Shown here: in pieces, positions 37,501 through 47,000 of the stretch | Layout: each line of letters starts with the position of its first letter | Position numbering within the stretch: position 1 is the stretch's first letter | From: a virus | Taxonomy: Duplodnaviria > Caudoviricetes | IMG/VR virus record: IMGVR_UViG_3300011113_000265 | Location: 1 to 64,000 of that record | Direction: 5' to 3' (one strand) | DNA length: 64,000 nucleotides | Notes under the pieces: model-generated | What the model saw: the letters and a program-made list of their open reading frames with translations, nothing else | The model's database searches: none | What the model was told of the DNA's origin: nothing | Made by a program: the position numbers and the translations under genes

Positions 37501-39483
37501 GTAAGACCTCACACTGTATTAGGTATAGGAGATAAAAAACATTTAATTATTACTAATGCTTTATTTGATAATAATGGTATACCTGTAGGAAATTGGTTTG
37601 AAAATTATGAAGAAGAATCTTATCAATCTGATTTATTAAATCCAATATATGAATCAAAAGATGCTCTTAGATTTAAAGATCATGGTGGAGATTATACAGT
37701 AACTTATTGTAGACCTATAAGTAATAATCAATATGGTGGAGTAGGTTATAGTAGTAGAGCTAATAATGAGTATATACCTGCAAGTGAATATTATTCTTAT
37801 ACAAATAGAGTAGGTAATACTGTAAATATAAAAGCTAGTTTAGGTGATACTTATGTAGGAGTATATGATGCAGTTAATTACTGTTATTACTATAATCAAG
37901 TAAGACCAGCTGGTTATCAAGATCCTATTAGAAGTAAGAAAGGAATGTATGAAATATTTCCTTGTGAAGCTAGTTTTAACTTTAGTTTAAGAGAAGGTAA
38001 TCACCCAATTATTAGTTTATCTCCAGATGATTTAAAAGAAAATTCTGATTTTAAAACTGAAAGTATTAGTAATCCTGATAAAAGTAAATTGTATAATTTT
38101 TTAAAAAAACCCATTGTAGGTAAAACTGTACTTGGTCTAGGAGCTTTACAATTTGCAGGAAGGTCAGCTATGCTTGGTCCAATAGGAGCACTTGCTGGTG
38201 GAGCTGCAAGTTTATTTTCAACAAATTTATTAGTTAGCTCTATAATAAAATCATTTAAAAAACGTATGATTAAGAATGGTCCTGATACTGCTAATTTAGT
38301 ATTAAGGAATGAAAGATTCTTATTATCTGAGTTTAAGTATAATGATGTGTTTAATCAAAAATATAACATTCAAAAGTATTTTCCACCTAGTTTATTTTAT
38401 GCTAATGAAGTAGATCAATATACTAATAGAATATGGCATTCTGCTCCTAAGATAGATGGTGAGGTAATTGATAGTTGGAGAAACTTTCAATTTGTAGATT
38501 ACTTAGATGTTGAAGGTACACAAGGTCCTATTATAGAATTAGTTGTTAATAAGAATAAAATATTTTATTATCAAACAAATGGTGTAGGTGTTGCTAGTAG
38601 TAATGAAAGAGGTGCTGTTCAAGGATCTGAAGGTAATATAATTTTAAGTAATAATAAAATATTATTAAGATATGATTACATTACTAAGGAAACTGGAACT
38701 TCACAACAATATAGTGTAATTAATACTAATAGTGCAATATATCATTATGATAATAGTCTTAAAAAGATATTTAAACTAGGAGAAGGATTAGAATGTATAT
38801 CTGATAACTTAGGTTTATTTAGTAAACTACAAAGTGTTAATAATGATATTAATAGAAGACTTAATACTGTCCATGGTATATATGATACAGAATATCAAAC
38901 AATATATTATACATTCTTAGATCCAGTTAATTCTCAAAATAGTTTTACTATTGGATATAATGAAAAGTTAAATGTATTTGAAAGTTTTTATAGTTTTACA
39001 CCTAAGACTTACTTTAGAATGAATACTATGGTATTTGGTAGTATGAGTAATAATCAATGTTATTGGCATAACAAAGGTGATTATGGTAGTTTTTATGGTA
39101 CTACTTATCCAAGCAAAATTAAAGTATTAACTAATGATGCACCATTAACTACTAAGGTTTGGGATAATCAAAAGTTTCAAACACAAGTATACAATACTAA
39201 TGGAGTATTACTTAATAATGATACATTTGATTTTATTCAACATAAAACTGAAAATCAAAATACAGGTTTAATTACATTAACTCCACAAAGTAATATAGTT
39301 AAGAAGGAAAGAGATTGGAAATTGATTATACCTAGAGATATTAACAATGCTACATTTAGTACTTTAAGTAAACCTAGATTAAGAGATATGTATTTAGAAA
39401 CTGAAATAACTTATACTAATACAGATAATCAAAGATTTATCTTACATCCAATAACAACATTTTATAGACAATCAATACATTAA
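34537..39483 (+). CDS. Tail stabilization / muzzle protein
   Basis: 1648 aa; NTFTGGINQD start, IYWTDGINP, GEVYRFGI, DSWRNF, RLRDMY end. Confidence 0.8.
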   Translation: MTQEKEQEQGGQTNGIAINTFTGGINQDLAKTIYKQGNYLDALNITLLTDGGLSTAVVQNKKGTKLQIQFPTIIPAATYESNREYPQVVPAQENIKVIEGLAITDSSGVQNLFFITKSNTVGNPNDNGYGQIWRCNFLGTTDNISGAINGFELTVNNHMMYNRNLNFKFVERIKAIGKYENENFCRIYWTDGINPLRSINTIGSLQSLLNIPVRTLNIVSECNLDTPVISRLIKGSLPEGKYQLAYRLLSKSGDLTNFSTCSNLIDVIEGNEFNSELGYPLADTIEYTTDVMAATDSKEVIDSDKGIEFYIPRIDKDYEMIQYALVYYSQPNLPEIFVYPYKEISLYRNQYESFTDLFSDTFLLTTEEFNIMYAPFEKVGTIEVKDNILFAANTTNEMFKVDVDYRAYRYNNNGECTTYELDGTTNTFTTNYPNNDLLDVINPYNDESGKIFGLNNVGNPTTWYNNHQYKYKQDGVTLGGQGPNIGYTFGTTQIIVDSGVNPALKINRAPLIKTEVDNNSTLISVPNHVTNNNGSFSSLKSPYKASCQVSWQRGEVYRFGITFYNKKGQASYVNWIGDIKMPDFNETNNPACLLSTFSSNNAKLTMYSTYIDFDVNVPQDLAEEISGFRIVYVERQENDKTRFGTAITGGMQTFDRLNINDQNINYTISIIATVICYKIGNYIDEIDGSDSTDPFNIKENIREKIMQAAAATIYKKINGMPSAAQQRVTSSEDLADLVDSVLDGAVNTNNGFFSSILSSAGNLIKLIFPKTIEKIKESIKEDLRKVLAYKVAGLHPNVYSLGQIGFANAAIASSSGLAHIGYTISPNIDFGKYEFKQGDYLKPIHIFNQGNKATYQLHRDSTVGLYNILDSSAYLRKWYGGSNIPWNEVADSDARRIYINNQKVLIPGELLGSGFDNVMNSQNAESVDLDFLISNSYVSSIPQANKRGEIVSAINMMINDVTLAVKQGIMNAGGTYYFTAAESFLKKIVRPHTVLGIGDKKHLIITNALFDNNGIPVGNWFENYEEESYQSDLLNPIYESKDALRFKDHGGDYTVTYCRPISNNQYGGVGYSSRANNEYIPASEYYSYTNRVGNTVNIKASLGDTYVGVYDAVNYCYYYNQVRPAGYQDPIRSKKGMYEIFPCEASFNFSLREGNHPIISLSPDDLKENSDFKTESISNPDKSKLYNFLKKPIVGKTVLGLGALQFAGRSAMLGPIGALAGGAASLFSTNLLVSSIIKSFKKRMIKNGPDTANLVLRNERFLLSEFKYNDVFNQKYNIQKYFPPSLFYANEVDQYTNRIWHSAPKIDGEVIDSWRNFQFVDYLDVEGTQGPIIELVVNKNKIFYYQTNGVGVASSNERGAVQGSEGNIILSNNKILLRYDYITKETGTSQQYSVINTNSAIYHYDNSLKKIFKLGEGLECISDNLGLFSKLQSVNNDINRRLNTVHGIYDTEYQTIYYTFLDPVNSQNSFTIGYNEKLNVFESFYSFTPKTYFRMNTMVFGSMSNNQCYWHNKGDYGSFYGTTYPSKIKVLTNDAPLTTKVWDNQKFQTQVYNTNGVLLNNDTFDFIQHKTENQNTGLITLTPQSNIVKKERDWKLIIPRDINNATFSTLSKPRLRDMYLETEITYTNTDNQRFILHPITTFYRQSIH

Positions 39484-39486
39484 GAT

Positions 39487-42075
39487 ATGCCTGATAATAA
39501 ACAAAAAACTAAAGTATTTACAGATAAAAAATTATTTGATAAAGCTAATCAAGCTTATAATGATAGTTTGAATTTATTTAATTATACTAAAGATGATATT
39601 AAAAAATTAAAAAAATTAGAAAGAGAATCACCAACATTGCAAGATGCTTGGTTAAAATGGTATAATTTAAATAATGATGATAATAAATTAGAATCCTTTG
39701 AAAAATCAAGAATTAATTTAAAAAATATAAATAATAAATGGCCTGAACCTATTAATTTTTATCATACTATCGGAGGTGGTGGAGCAGAAGAATATAAAAA
39801 ACCAACAACTAAACCTGTCTATCAACCAGAAGTTACAAATAGTGTTTCTCCAATTGCAAAACCAAAACCTAATTTAGGTAAAGCTAAACCTAGACCTAAA
39901 ATAGAACCTATTAAACCATTAGGTATTAAACCTATGAATACTTCTGTAGAACCTAAACTAGCAGATAAGAAACAAGAAATAATACAAGAACCTATGAATA
40001 AAAAACAAACATATACAGCATCTCCTAATCTTAAAAAGATGGGTAAATCTACAGGTAGAGAATATGTAGATGGACAATGGATAGAAACTAAATCTAAAGG
40101 TGGAACAGTTAAAAAATATGCAGTAGGTGGCGGATTTGATTTATTAGGATCAGTAGATCCTAGTATTATGAAAAATCTTACAACAGCTCCTAAAACATTT
40201 ACACCAAGTACTACTGCACCAGCAGTTCCTGCAAGTACAGGTAGTAATTTTCAAATGCCTAGTTTAGGTGGTGGAGGTAGTAGTGCTCCACAACAAACTT
40301 CACAAGATCCTAATGCTCCTAAAAAAAAGAATATAGGTAAAATTGTAGGTAGTGTTGTTGGAGGTGTTGCTGGATCACTTATTGCTCCTGGTGTAGGTAC
40401 TATGATAGGATCTACTATTGGAGGTGGTATAGGTGGTGCTATAGATAATAAAACTTATCAAAATAAAGTTGAAGATTATACTGCTACTGCTATTGCTAAT
40501 AAATCTAGTCAACAAAATGCAATGATTTCTAATATACCTGGTAACTTTAATCCTAATGCTCAAACTAAGCAATTTAAAAAAGGCGGTGAGTTAATTAAAC
40601 GTGCAGATGGTTCTTATTCTAAAAGAGGTCTTTGGGATAATATAAGAGCTAATAAAGGTAGTGGTAAAGCTCCTACTAAAGAGATGCTTGAACAAGAAAA
40701 AAAGATTAAAGCTAATATGGCTCATGGTGGTATAGATACTAGTAACTCTATGAGTGGTCCTAAGTATTTAGATGGTGGTATGCTTAAACCTATGGGTAAT
40801 GATATGTATGAAGTTAAATCATATAAGAAAGGTACTGATAAGGTAGAGTACAGACCTAACGTATTTATTGATAATAAAGAGATTATACGCAAGAATTCTG
40901 ATGGATCTACTCAAATACTTAGTGATGATTTAGGATACGCTAAAGTAGCTAAAAACATTGCTAAAGCTAAAGGTGGTAATATAACTGATGAACAGTTTGA
41001 TCAATTGTATATGAATCAAGAAATGTCTAAAGCTAGTAAAGGTAAAGGTAATAAATATGTTGAAGGTGGTACTGATAAAAAACTTAAATTAAGAAATCCT
41101 ATGAGTGATGATAGGGCTACATCAGTTTTAGGTAATTTTGATAGTTTTGGTGCAGGTAAACCTGTATCTGGTTCTATTGATGCTGGATATTCACCTGATA
41201 AATTTAATATTGATCCTAAAAAAGGATTAACAGTAAAACCATTTACATATAAAACACCTGGTTCATTAGGGTATGATACTCCTAAAAAACAACCTGGTGC
41301 ATTTGATGTTAAAACTCCTGAAGTTGATTTAAAAGCTTCTAAATTTATTGGAGAAACAAAAGGTAAATACGAATATAATCCCCAAGTACCTAAAGATAAA
41401 AAATCTCTTGATACTAAAGTTAATCCATTAGGTTATTTATCTAGTCTTGCTGGACCTGCTTATAATATTGCTCAAGGTTTAAAAGGTGGTGATCCAGTTG
41501 ATTTTGAAAGAATGAATACTAAGTATCAATTTGCTGATCCTAGAGGTGCTATGGCTGCAGCTAGTAGAGGAGTAACATCTGCTTATAATGCTGCTAAAAA
41601 TGCTGCTAAAACTACAACTACTAGTGCTGGTGAGTATCTTGCTAATATGGGAAATTTAGCTAGTAAAGAAGGTATAGATAGAGCTGCTGCTTTAACTAAT
41701 ATTAAAGCTCAATATGATATGGCTAATACACAAGGTTTAAATCAAACTAACTTAGCTAAAGATCAGTTTAATGCTCAAACTCAAATGCAAGAATCTATTG
41801 CTAGACAACAAGAAAAAGATGCAGCTAGAAGTTCTATTAGTAAAGGTTTAGCTGGATTAAGTCAGAATACTATGGGTTATATGTCTGATGTAAATGCTAA
41901 TAAAACTCAACGTAGATTTGTTGATTTAATTAACTCAGGTAAATATGAATATGTTGAAGAAATAGATGCTGATGGAAAACCACGTATAAAACTAGTTCCT
42001 AAAAAAGGAGCTAAATCAAATAGTGTTCAAGTTACACCTTCTCCTACAAAACAAACTGAACCTGCTACTGAATAA
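39487..42075 (+). CDS. Cargo/ejection protein with glycine-zipper TM segment and KxxxGG motifs
   Basis: GSVVGGVAGSLIAPGVGTMIGSTIGGGIGG; seven GG motifs; Q/A-rich helical C-terminus. Confidence 0.65.
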   Translation: MPDNKQKTKVFTDKKLFDKANQAYNDSLNLFNYTKDDIKKLKKLERESPTLQDAWLKWYNLNNDDNKLESFEKSRINLKNINNKWPEPINFYHTIGGGGAEEYKKPTTKPVYQPEVTNSVSPIAKPKPNLGKAKPRPKIEPIKPLGIKPMNTSVEPKLADKKQEIIQEPMNKKQTYTASPNLKKMGKSTGREYVDGQWIETKSKGGTVKKYAVGGGFDLLGSVDPSIMKNLTTAPKTFTPSTTAPAVPASTGSNFQMPSLGGGGSSAPQQTSQDPNAPKKKNIGKIVGSVVGGVAGSLIAPGVGTMIGSTIGGGIGGAIDNKTYQNKVEDYTATAIANKSSQQNAMISNIPGNFNPNAQTKQFKKGGELIKRADGSYSKRGLWDNIRANKGSGKAPTKEMLEQEKKIKANMAHGGIDTSNSMSGPKYLDGGMLKPMGNDMYEVKSYKKGTDKVEYRPNVFIDNKEIIRKNSDGSTQILSDDLGYAKVAKNIAKAKGGNITDEQFDQLYMNQEMSKASKGKGNKYVEGGTDKKLKLRNPMSDDRATSVLGNFDSFGAGKPVSGSIDAGYSPDKFNIDPKKGLTVKPFTYKTPGSLGYDTPKKQPGAFDVKTPEVDLKASKFIGETKGKYEYNPQVPKDKKSLDTKVNPLGYLSSLAGPAYNIAQGLKGGDPVDFERMNTKYQFADPRGAMAAASRGVTSAYNAAKNAAKTTTTSAGEYLANMGNLASKEGIDRAAALTNIKAQYDMANTQGLNQTNLAKDQFNAQTQMQESIARQQEKDAARSSISKGLAGLSQNTMGYMSDVNANKTQRRFVDLINSGKYEYVEEIDADGKPRIKLVPKKGAKSNSVQVTPSPTKQTEPATE

Positions 42076-42102
42076 ACTAAATAATTATAAACTATAATAA
42101 AA

Positions 42103-42143
42103 ATAATAATAGTAGTCTTAACAAATAGGACTACTATTATTAT
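42103..42143 (+). terminator. Long intergenic hairpin
   Basis: ATAATAATAGTAGTCTTA-ACAAA-TAGGACTACTATTATTAT, 18-bp stem with one G-T pair. Confidence 0.6.
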
Positions 42144-42164
42144 ATTGATAATAAAAAGCTAAAC

Positions 42165-44081
42165 ATGAGATTTTATCAATCAAGTACACCTCAATACGTA
42201 TCACAATTTACACCGTTGCCATTAGATTTTATGGCTCAACAAATTAAAGCTAGAGAAGCTGCTGATGCTACAGCTGAAGATTTTATAAATAAAGTTGATG
42301 AATTAAAACTAAAACCTGGTAATCACACTGATCCTCTTGTAGTAGATAAGTATAATGAATGGTTAGATAGTAATAAAAATACTATTGCTCAAAAGTTTCA
42401 TGCTGGTGAAATTGATTCTAATGAAGCAACAAGAGCTCTTAGTAAATTACAAAGTGCTTATCAAAATGATCCTGTAATTAGAAATATTAAAACAGATGCT
42501 GCTTTATCAGCAGCTACTAATACTGCTATTGCACAAGGTAAATATAAAAGAGGTATTAGTAGTAGAGGTAGTCTTTTAGGAGATATGCCTCAATTTCAAT
42601 ATATAGATCCAAGAAATGCAAGTGAAGCTGATTATGCTCAAGCACATAATTATATAACTCCTACTAGTATTAAAAGTGATCAAAACTTTGGACCTCAATA
42701 TAAAGAAATTGAAGCACGAGTTACTAATACTCTTAATTCTTTAGAACCTACAAAGCAAATTATAAATGGAATAACATATTATAAACAAGGAAATAGTTTA
42801 GTAGAGAAAAAACAATTAACAAGAGATATGGTTAAATCTATGGCTATGGATTTAGCTAATACTGAAATAAATGATCAGATTACTCCTTGGACACAATATA
42901 AAACTAGATTAAAACAACAAGAAGGACAAGATTATACTGCAGATGAATTAGCTGAAGATATTACTGATAATTATTTTGGTTATGTAAATTCAAAAAGCAC
43001 TAAAAATCAATATCAATGGGATGCTGCACAAACTTCTGAAGGTAATAAAAAAGATGGTAAAGGTAGAATAGCTCGTAGAGCAGCTGTAATGCCTGAAAAA
43101 AATGTTGGATTTAAAGCAACTGATTTTTATAAAACATCAAATAATTTAAATCCTTCTGAAAATTTTGATAAAAATATGTTTACTTCTAAAAATAATACAT
43201 TAAGTCCTGGTGAAGATTTTGATAAAAATATGTTTAATAGTAAAAAACCTGGTTTAATAGGCTATCAAATATATGAATTATCTACAAATATGCAAAATGT
43301 AGTAAAAGAATATGTTAAAGATAAACCTAAATGGAAAAAAGTATTTGAAAATCCAAATAAAAAATATTCTGGTTTAGAAGAATTATATAAAGAAATAGAA
43401 AAGTCAGGTATATTAAAATTATATGAAGAAGGACAAATAAAATCACAATCTAATTTAAGAACTATTTTACCTGGTACAACAGATGAATTTGGAAATAATG
43501 ATTGGTCACAAATATTTGGATCTAATACTTCTCCTACATTAGAAAATATGAATGGTACAATATTAGGAGGAACTAAACAATGGATTAATACTAAAACTGG
43601 TGAAATAACTACTATATCAGAATTAATGAATTTAAATGAAGGAGATGCTGCTAAAACACCAATATCAGCTATTGGTGAATATCAAGCTGATAATAGTATG
43701 AATATATTTTTACCTGATAATTTACAAGGAAATTATGGACTTAAACCTTTAAGTATAAATATTGGAGGTGATGAATATATAACAACATCTGTATTTAATC
43801 CTGATCCTGAAGATTTTAGTATAAGAGATATTCATAATGTTATATATGAACAAAATAGTACAAATCTTAAAAAAGGAACACCAATTAATATTTCAATAAA
43901 TACAGATAATGGTCTTGCAACATTACCAGTTAGAATAAAATATAATAAAACTAATAAAACATATAAACTTTTAAATACTGATGGTAATCCAGCAACAGGT
44001 GTTAATGGTAAACCTTTAGAATATTCTAGTGCTATTGATTTATATACTGATTTGTTAAATCAATTTTATAATCAACAATAA
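42165..44081 (+). CDS. Cargo/ejection protein
   Basis: 638 aa; YVSQFTPLPLD N-terminus; located in the cargo block. Confidence 0.6.
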   Translation: MRFYQSSTPQYVSQFTPLPLDFMAQQIKAREAADATAEDFINKVDELKLKPGNHTDPLVVDKYNEWLDSNKNTIAQKFHAGEIDSNEATRALSKLQSAYQNDPVIRNIKTDAALSAATNTAIAQGKYKRGISSRGSLLGDMPQFQYIDPRNASEADYAQAHNYITPTSIKSDQNFGPQYKEIEARVTNTLNSLEPTKQIINGITYYKQGNSLVEKKQLTRDMVKSMAMDLANTEINDQITPWTQYKTRLKQQEGQDYTADELAEDITDNYFGYVNSKSTKNQYQWDAAQTSEGNKKDGKGRIARRAAVMPEKNVGFKATDFYKTSNNLNPSENFDKNMFTSKNNTLSPGEDFDKNMFNSKKPGLIGYQIYELSTNMQNVVKEYVKDKPKWKKVFENPNKKYSGLEELYKEIEKSGILKLYEEGQIKSQSNLRTILPGTTDEFGNNDWSQIFGSNTSPTLENMNGTILGGTKQWINTKTGEITTISELMNLNEGDAAKTPISAIGEYQADNSMNIFLPDNLQGNYGLKPLSINIGGDEYITTSVFNPDPEDFSIRDIHNVIYEQNSTNLKKGTPINISINTDNGLATLPVRIKYNKTNKTYKLLNTDGNPATGVNGKPLEYSSAIDLYTDLLNQFYNQQ

Positions 44082-44099
44082 ATATAATTAAATAATAAA

Positions 44100-47000
44100 A
44101 TGCCATTAGATAATAATAATATAGGACATATTGATGATATAAGAGCAAGGTTAGCTGTTAAAGCTAAAGCTCCAAATTTTGCTACAGCGATAACATTAAA
44201 ACCTGATCAAATATCTCAATATGATACTCAATTTGAAATCCCTATAGGAGGAGATTGGGAAAGTGCATTAGGTGAATATAAAGCTCAACAACAACCTGGT
44301 ATAGATCAACTTGCTAATGGTCTTGTTAAAGGAGCTGTATTAGCAGGTACTACATTTGCAGATACTTTTGGAGGTACACTAAGCGGTGTACTTAACATGG
44401 CACTTAATGGTTCAGAACAAGGTTATTTAAATGCTTTTGTTAATAATCCATTTAGTAATGCTATGCAAGATATTAATGATGCATCAGAAAAAGCTTTTGC
44501 TAATTATAGAACTAGAGCTGAACAAGAAATGGGTGTATTTGAACAGATGGGTACAGCTAATTTCTGGGGTGATATGTTTATTAAAAACTTAGGATTTGCT
44601 GGTGGTGCAATGGCAGCTGGTTATGTAAGTGGTGCATTATTTTCAGGATTAACACAAGGAGTTAGAGCTAGACAAGAAGCAGAGTTATTTAAAAAAATGA
44701 CTAAAAATGTTATTACTAAAGATGCTAAAAGTGTTGAAGAAGGTATACAAATGCTTGCTAATGCTGAAAGAACAGGATTACTTAATGTTGAAGCAGCTGA
44801 ATTAAAACAATTATTAGAAGATAGTGGTAAAGCATATAGAAACTTAAACAGAGCTAATCAATTAACAAGTTCTGCTTTAGCTGCTACAGGTGAAGCTAGA
44901 ATTGAAGCTTTAGGTAATGGTAGACAATTTCAAAAAGCTAAACTACAAGAACTTAATGCAGAGTTTAAAAATTCTGATGGTACTTTTAAAGCAGGTAAAA
45001 CTCAAGAAGAATATAATAATAAATTAAATCAATTAGATGATTTAGTTAAAGGATTTCAAAATTCTGAGTTTTTAATAAATACTGCTTTATTAACTGCAAG
45101 TAACTTTATAGGTTATAGAAATTTCTTTGCTAAAGATTATGGTTTAAATGCTGGTAGATTTGATGATCTTATTAGTATTAATTCAATTAAAAATATAACT
45201 GCTGGTGAAGATATTGCTAAATTAATACAAACTAAATGGTATAGTACTTTAGGTAAATCTTTAATGGGTTCTGGTAGAGAAGGTCTTGAAGAATTTTTTC
45301 AAACTGTAACACAAAAATCTGCAGATAATTACTATAGTGCTAAATTTAATGGTGTAGATCCAGATGCTTTTACTAGTCTTGCTGCTGGTATGAATGAAGC
45401 TATGGGTAAAGAAGGTTTAGAAAGTTTTATACTTGGTGCTATGACAGGTTTAATTATGCCTGGAGGTGGTTTAATAAGTGAGTTTAAACAAGCTAAACAA
45501 CTTAATAAAGATGCTGCTGAAAGAGTAGCTGATTTAAATAACTCTGTAAAAGCATATGTAGAACAATACAAAACTAACCCTGAAAGTGTGTTTATGAATT
45601 TCTATGATATGATTAATAGAGATGTTAATCTTAATAAAGCTCAATTAAAAGCTTTACTAGATGATGATAAATATACTTATGAGAATTTAAAAAACGACAA
45701 GTTTTATAATATGGCTAGTGCATTTATTAATGCAGGTAAGTATAATGATCTTGTTGATATATTAGAAGAAGAAACTAAATTAAGTGCTGATGATTTAAGA
45801 GTAAAGTATTCCGTACCTACAGATCCTGCTGATCCTAATTCTCCTAAAAAAGAATTTTTTAAAAACTGGACAGATGATGAGATAAAAACTTATGTTGCTA
45901 ACCAATCTAGAAAAAATACAGATGCTGTTAAGAATATCAGAGATCTTATGAATAACATAGAATCTAGATATGGTAAACAACTTGCTTTAGTTAAAACTGA
46001 AGATGGTACTAAAAAGGTTGAAATTAAAAACATTTTAGCAAGACATTTATTTTTAGGTGAAACTTTAGATCGCAGACTTACTAGTGTTCATAATGAACTT
46101 CTTAAAATGTTTGCTGATGCTGAACCTGCTAATGTTTTAGATACAACAGATGGTTTTGCTATTACAGATTTTATTAATAATGCATCTCGTCAACTAGAAG
46201 AAGTTAATGATGAAAACTTTAAAAAAATATTAAAGAATTTTGAAAAAGTTGCAAAAAATAGTTCTGATCCTAAAAAGATGATAGAACTATTTACTGATTA
46301 TATACAATTAGCTGGAGATAGAAAAGCTCATAATGCTGCTTGGATTAGATTAACTGAAAATAGTTTTACTAATCTACTTAATAGATTACAAACAGAAGAT
46401 CAAAAACAAGCTGAAAAAAATATAGAGCAAACTAATAAAGAGTTAAATGATGAAGAAAAGATTAATATAGTTAGAGAAAAAGCTAAAGCTGCAGGTTACA
46501 GTAAAGTTGGTAATTATTTTACTATTACAGATAATAATGGTAATGTTAAAAAATATGAACTAGATCCTATTGATATATTTAATGAAAGAAAAAAATTACA
46601 AGAAGAATTTAATAATAATTTATCTCAATTAGATCCTAATGATACTGAAGCTATTAAAGCTTTAGAAGAAGATTATGCTTTTAAAAAAGATGATCTTGTT
46701 AATAAAGCTAATCAAGCTTTAATTAAAGATTTTGAAACTGGAGAATATTTAAAAGAAAATAATCAATATGTAAAATTTAATAAAGAGTTTGCTCTAAAAA
46801 ATTATAATAAAATACAATTTATACCTAGAGAACAAGCCGTATCTATTAAAAGATCTAAGGTAATACAAAATTCTAATAGAAGAAAAATAGAAGCTGTTAG
46901 ACAAGTATTACTTGAATTAAATAAAGATATTAATTCTAATATTGCTCAAATAGATGCTCTTAATAATGAAAAAAGTCAATTAGAAAATGATATAAAATTT

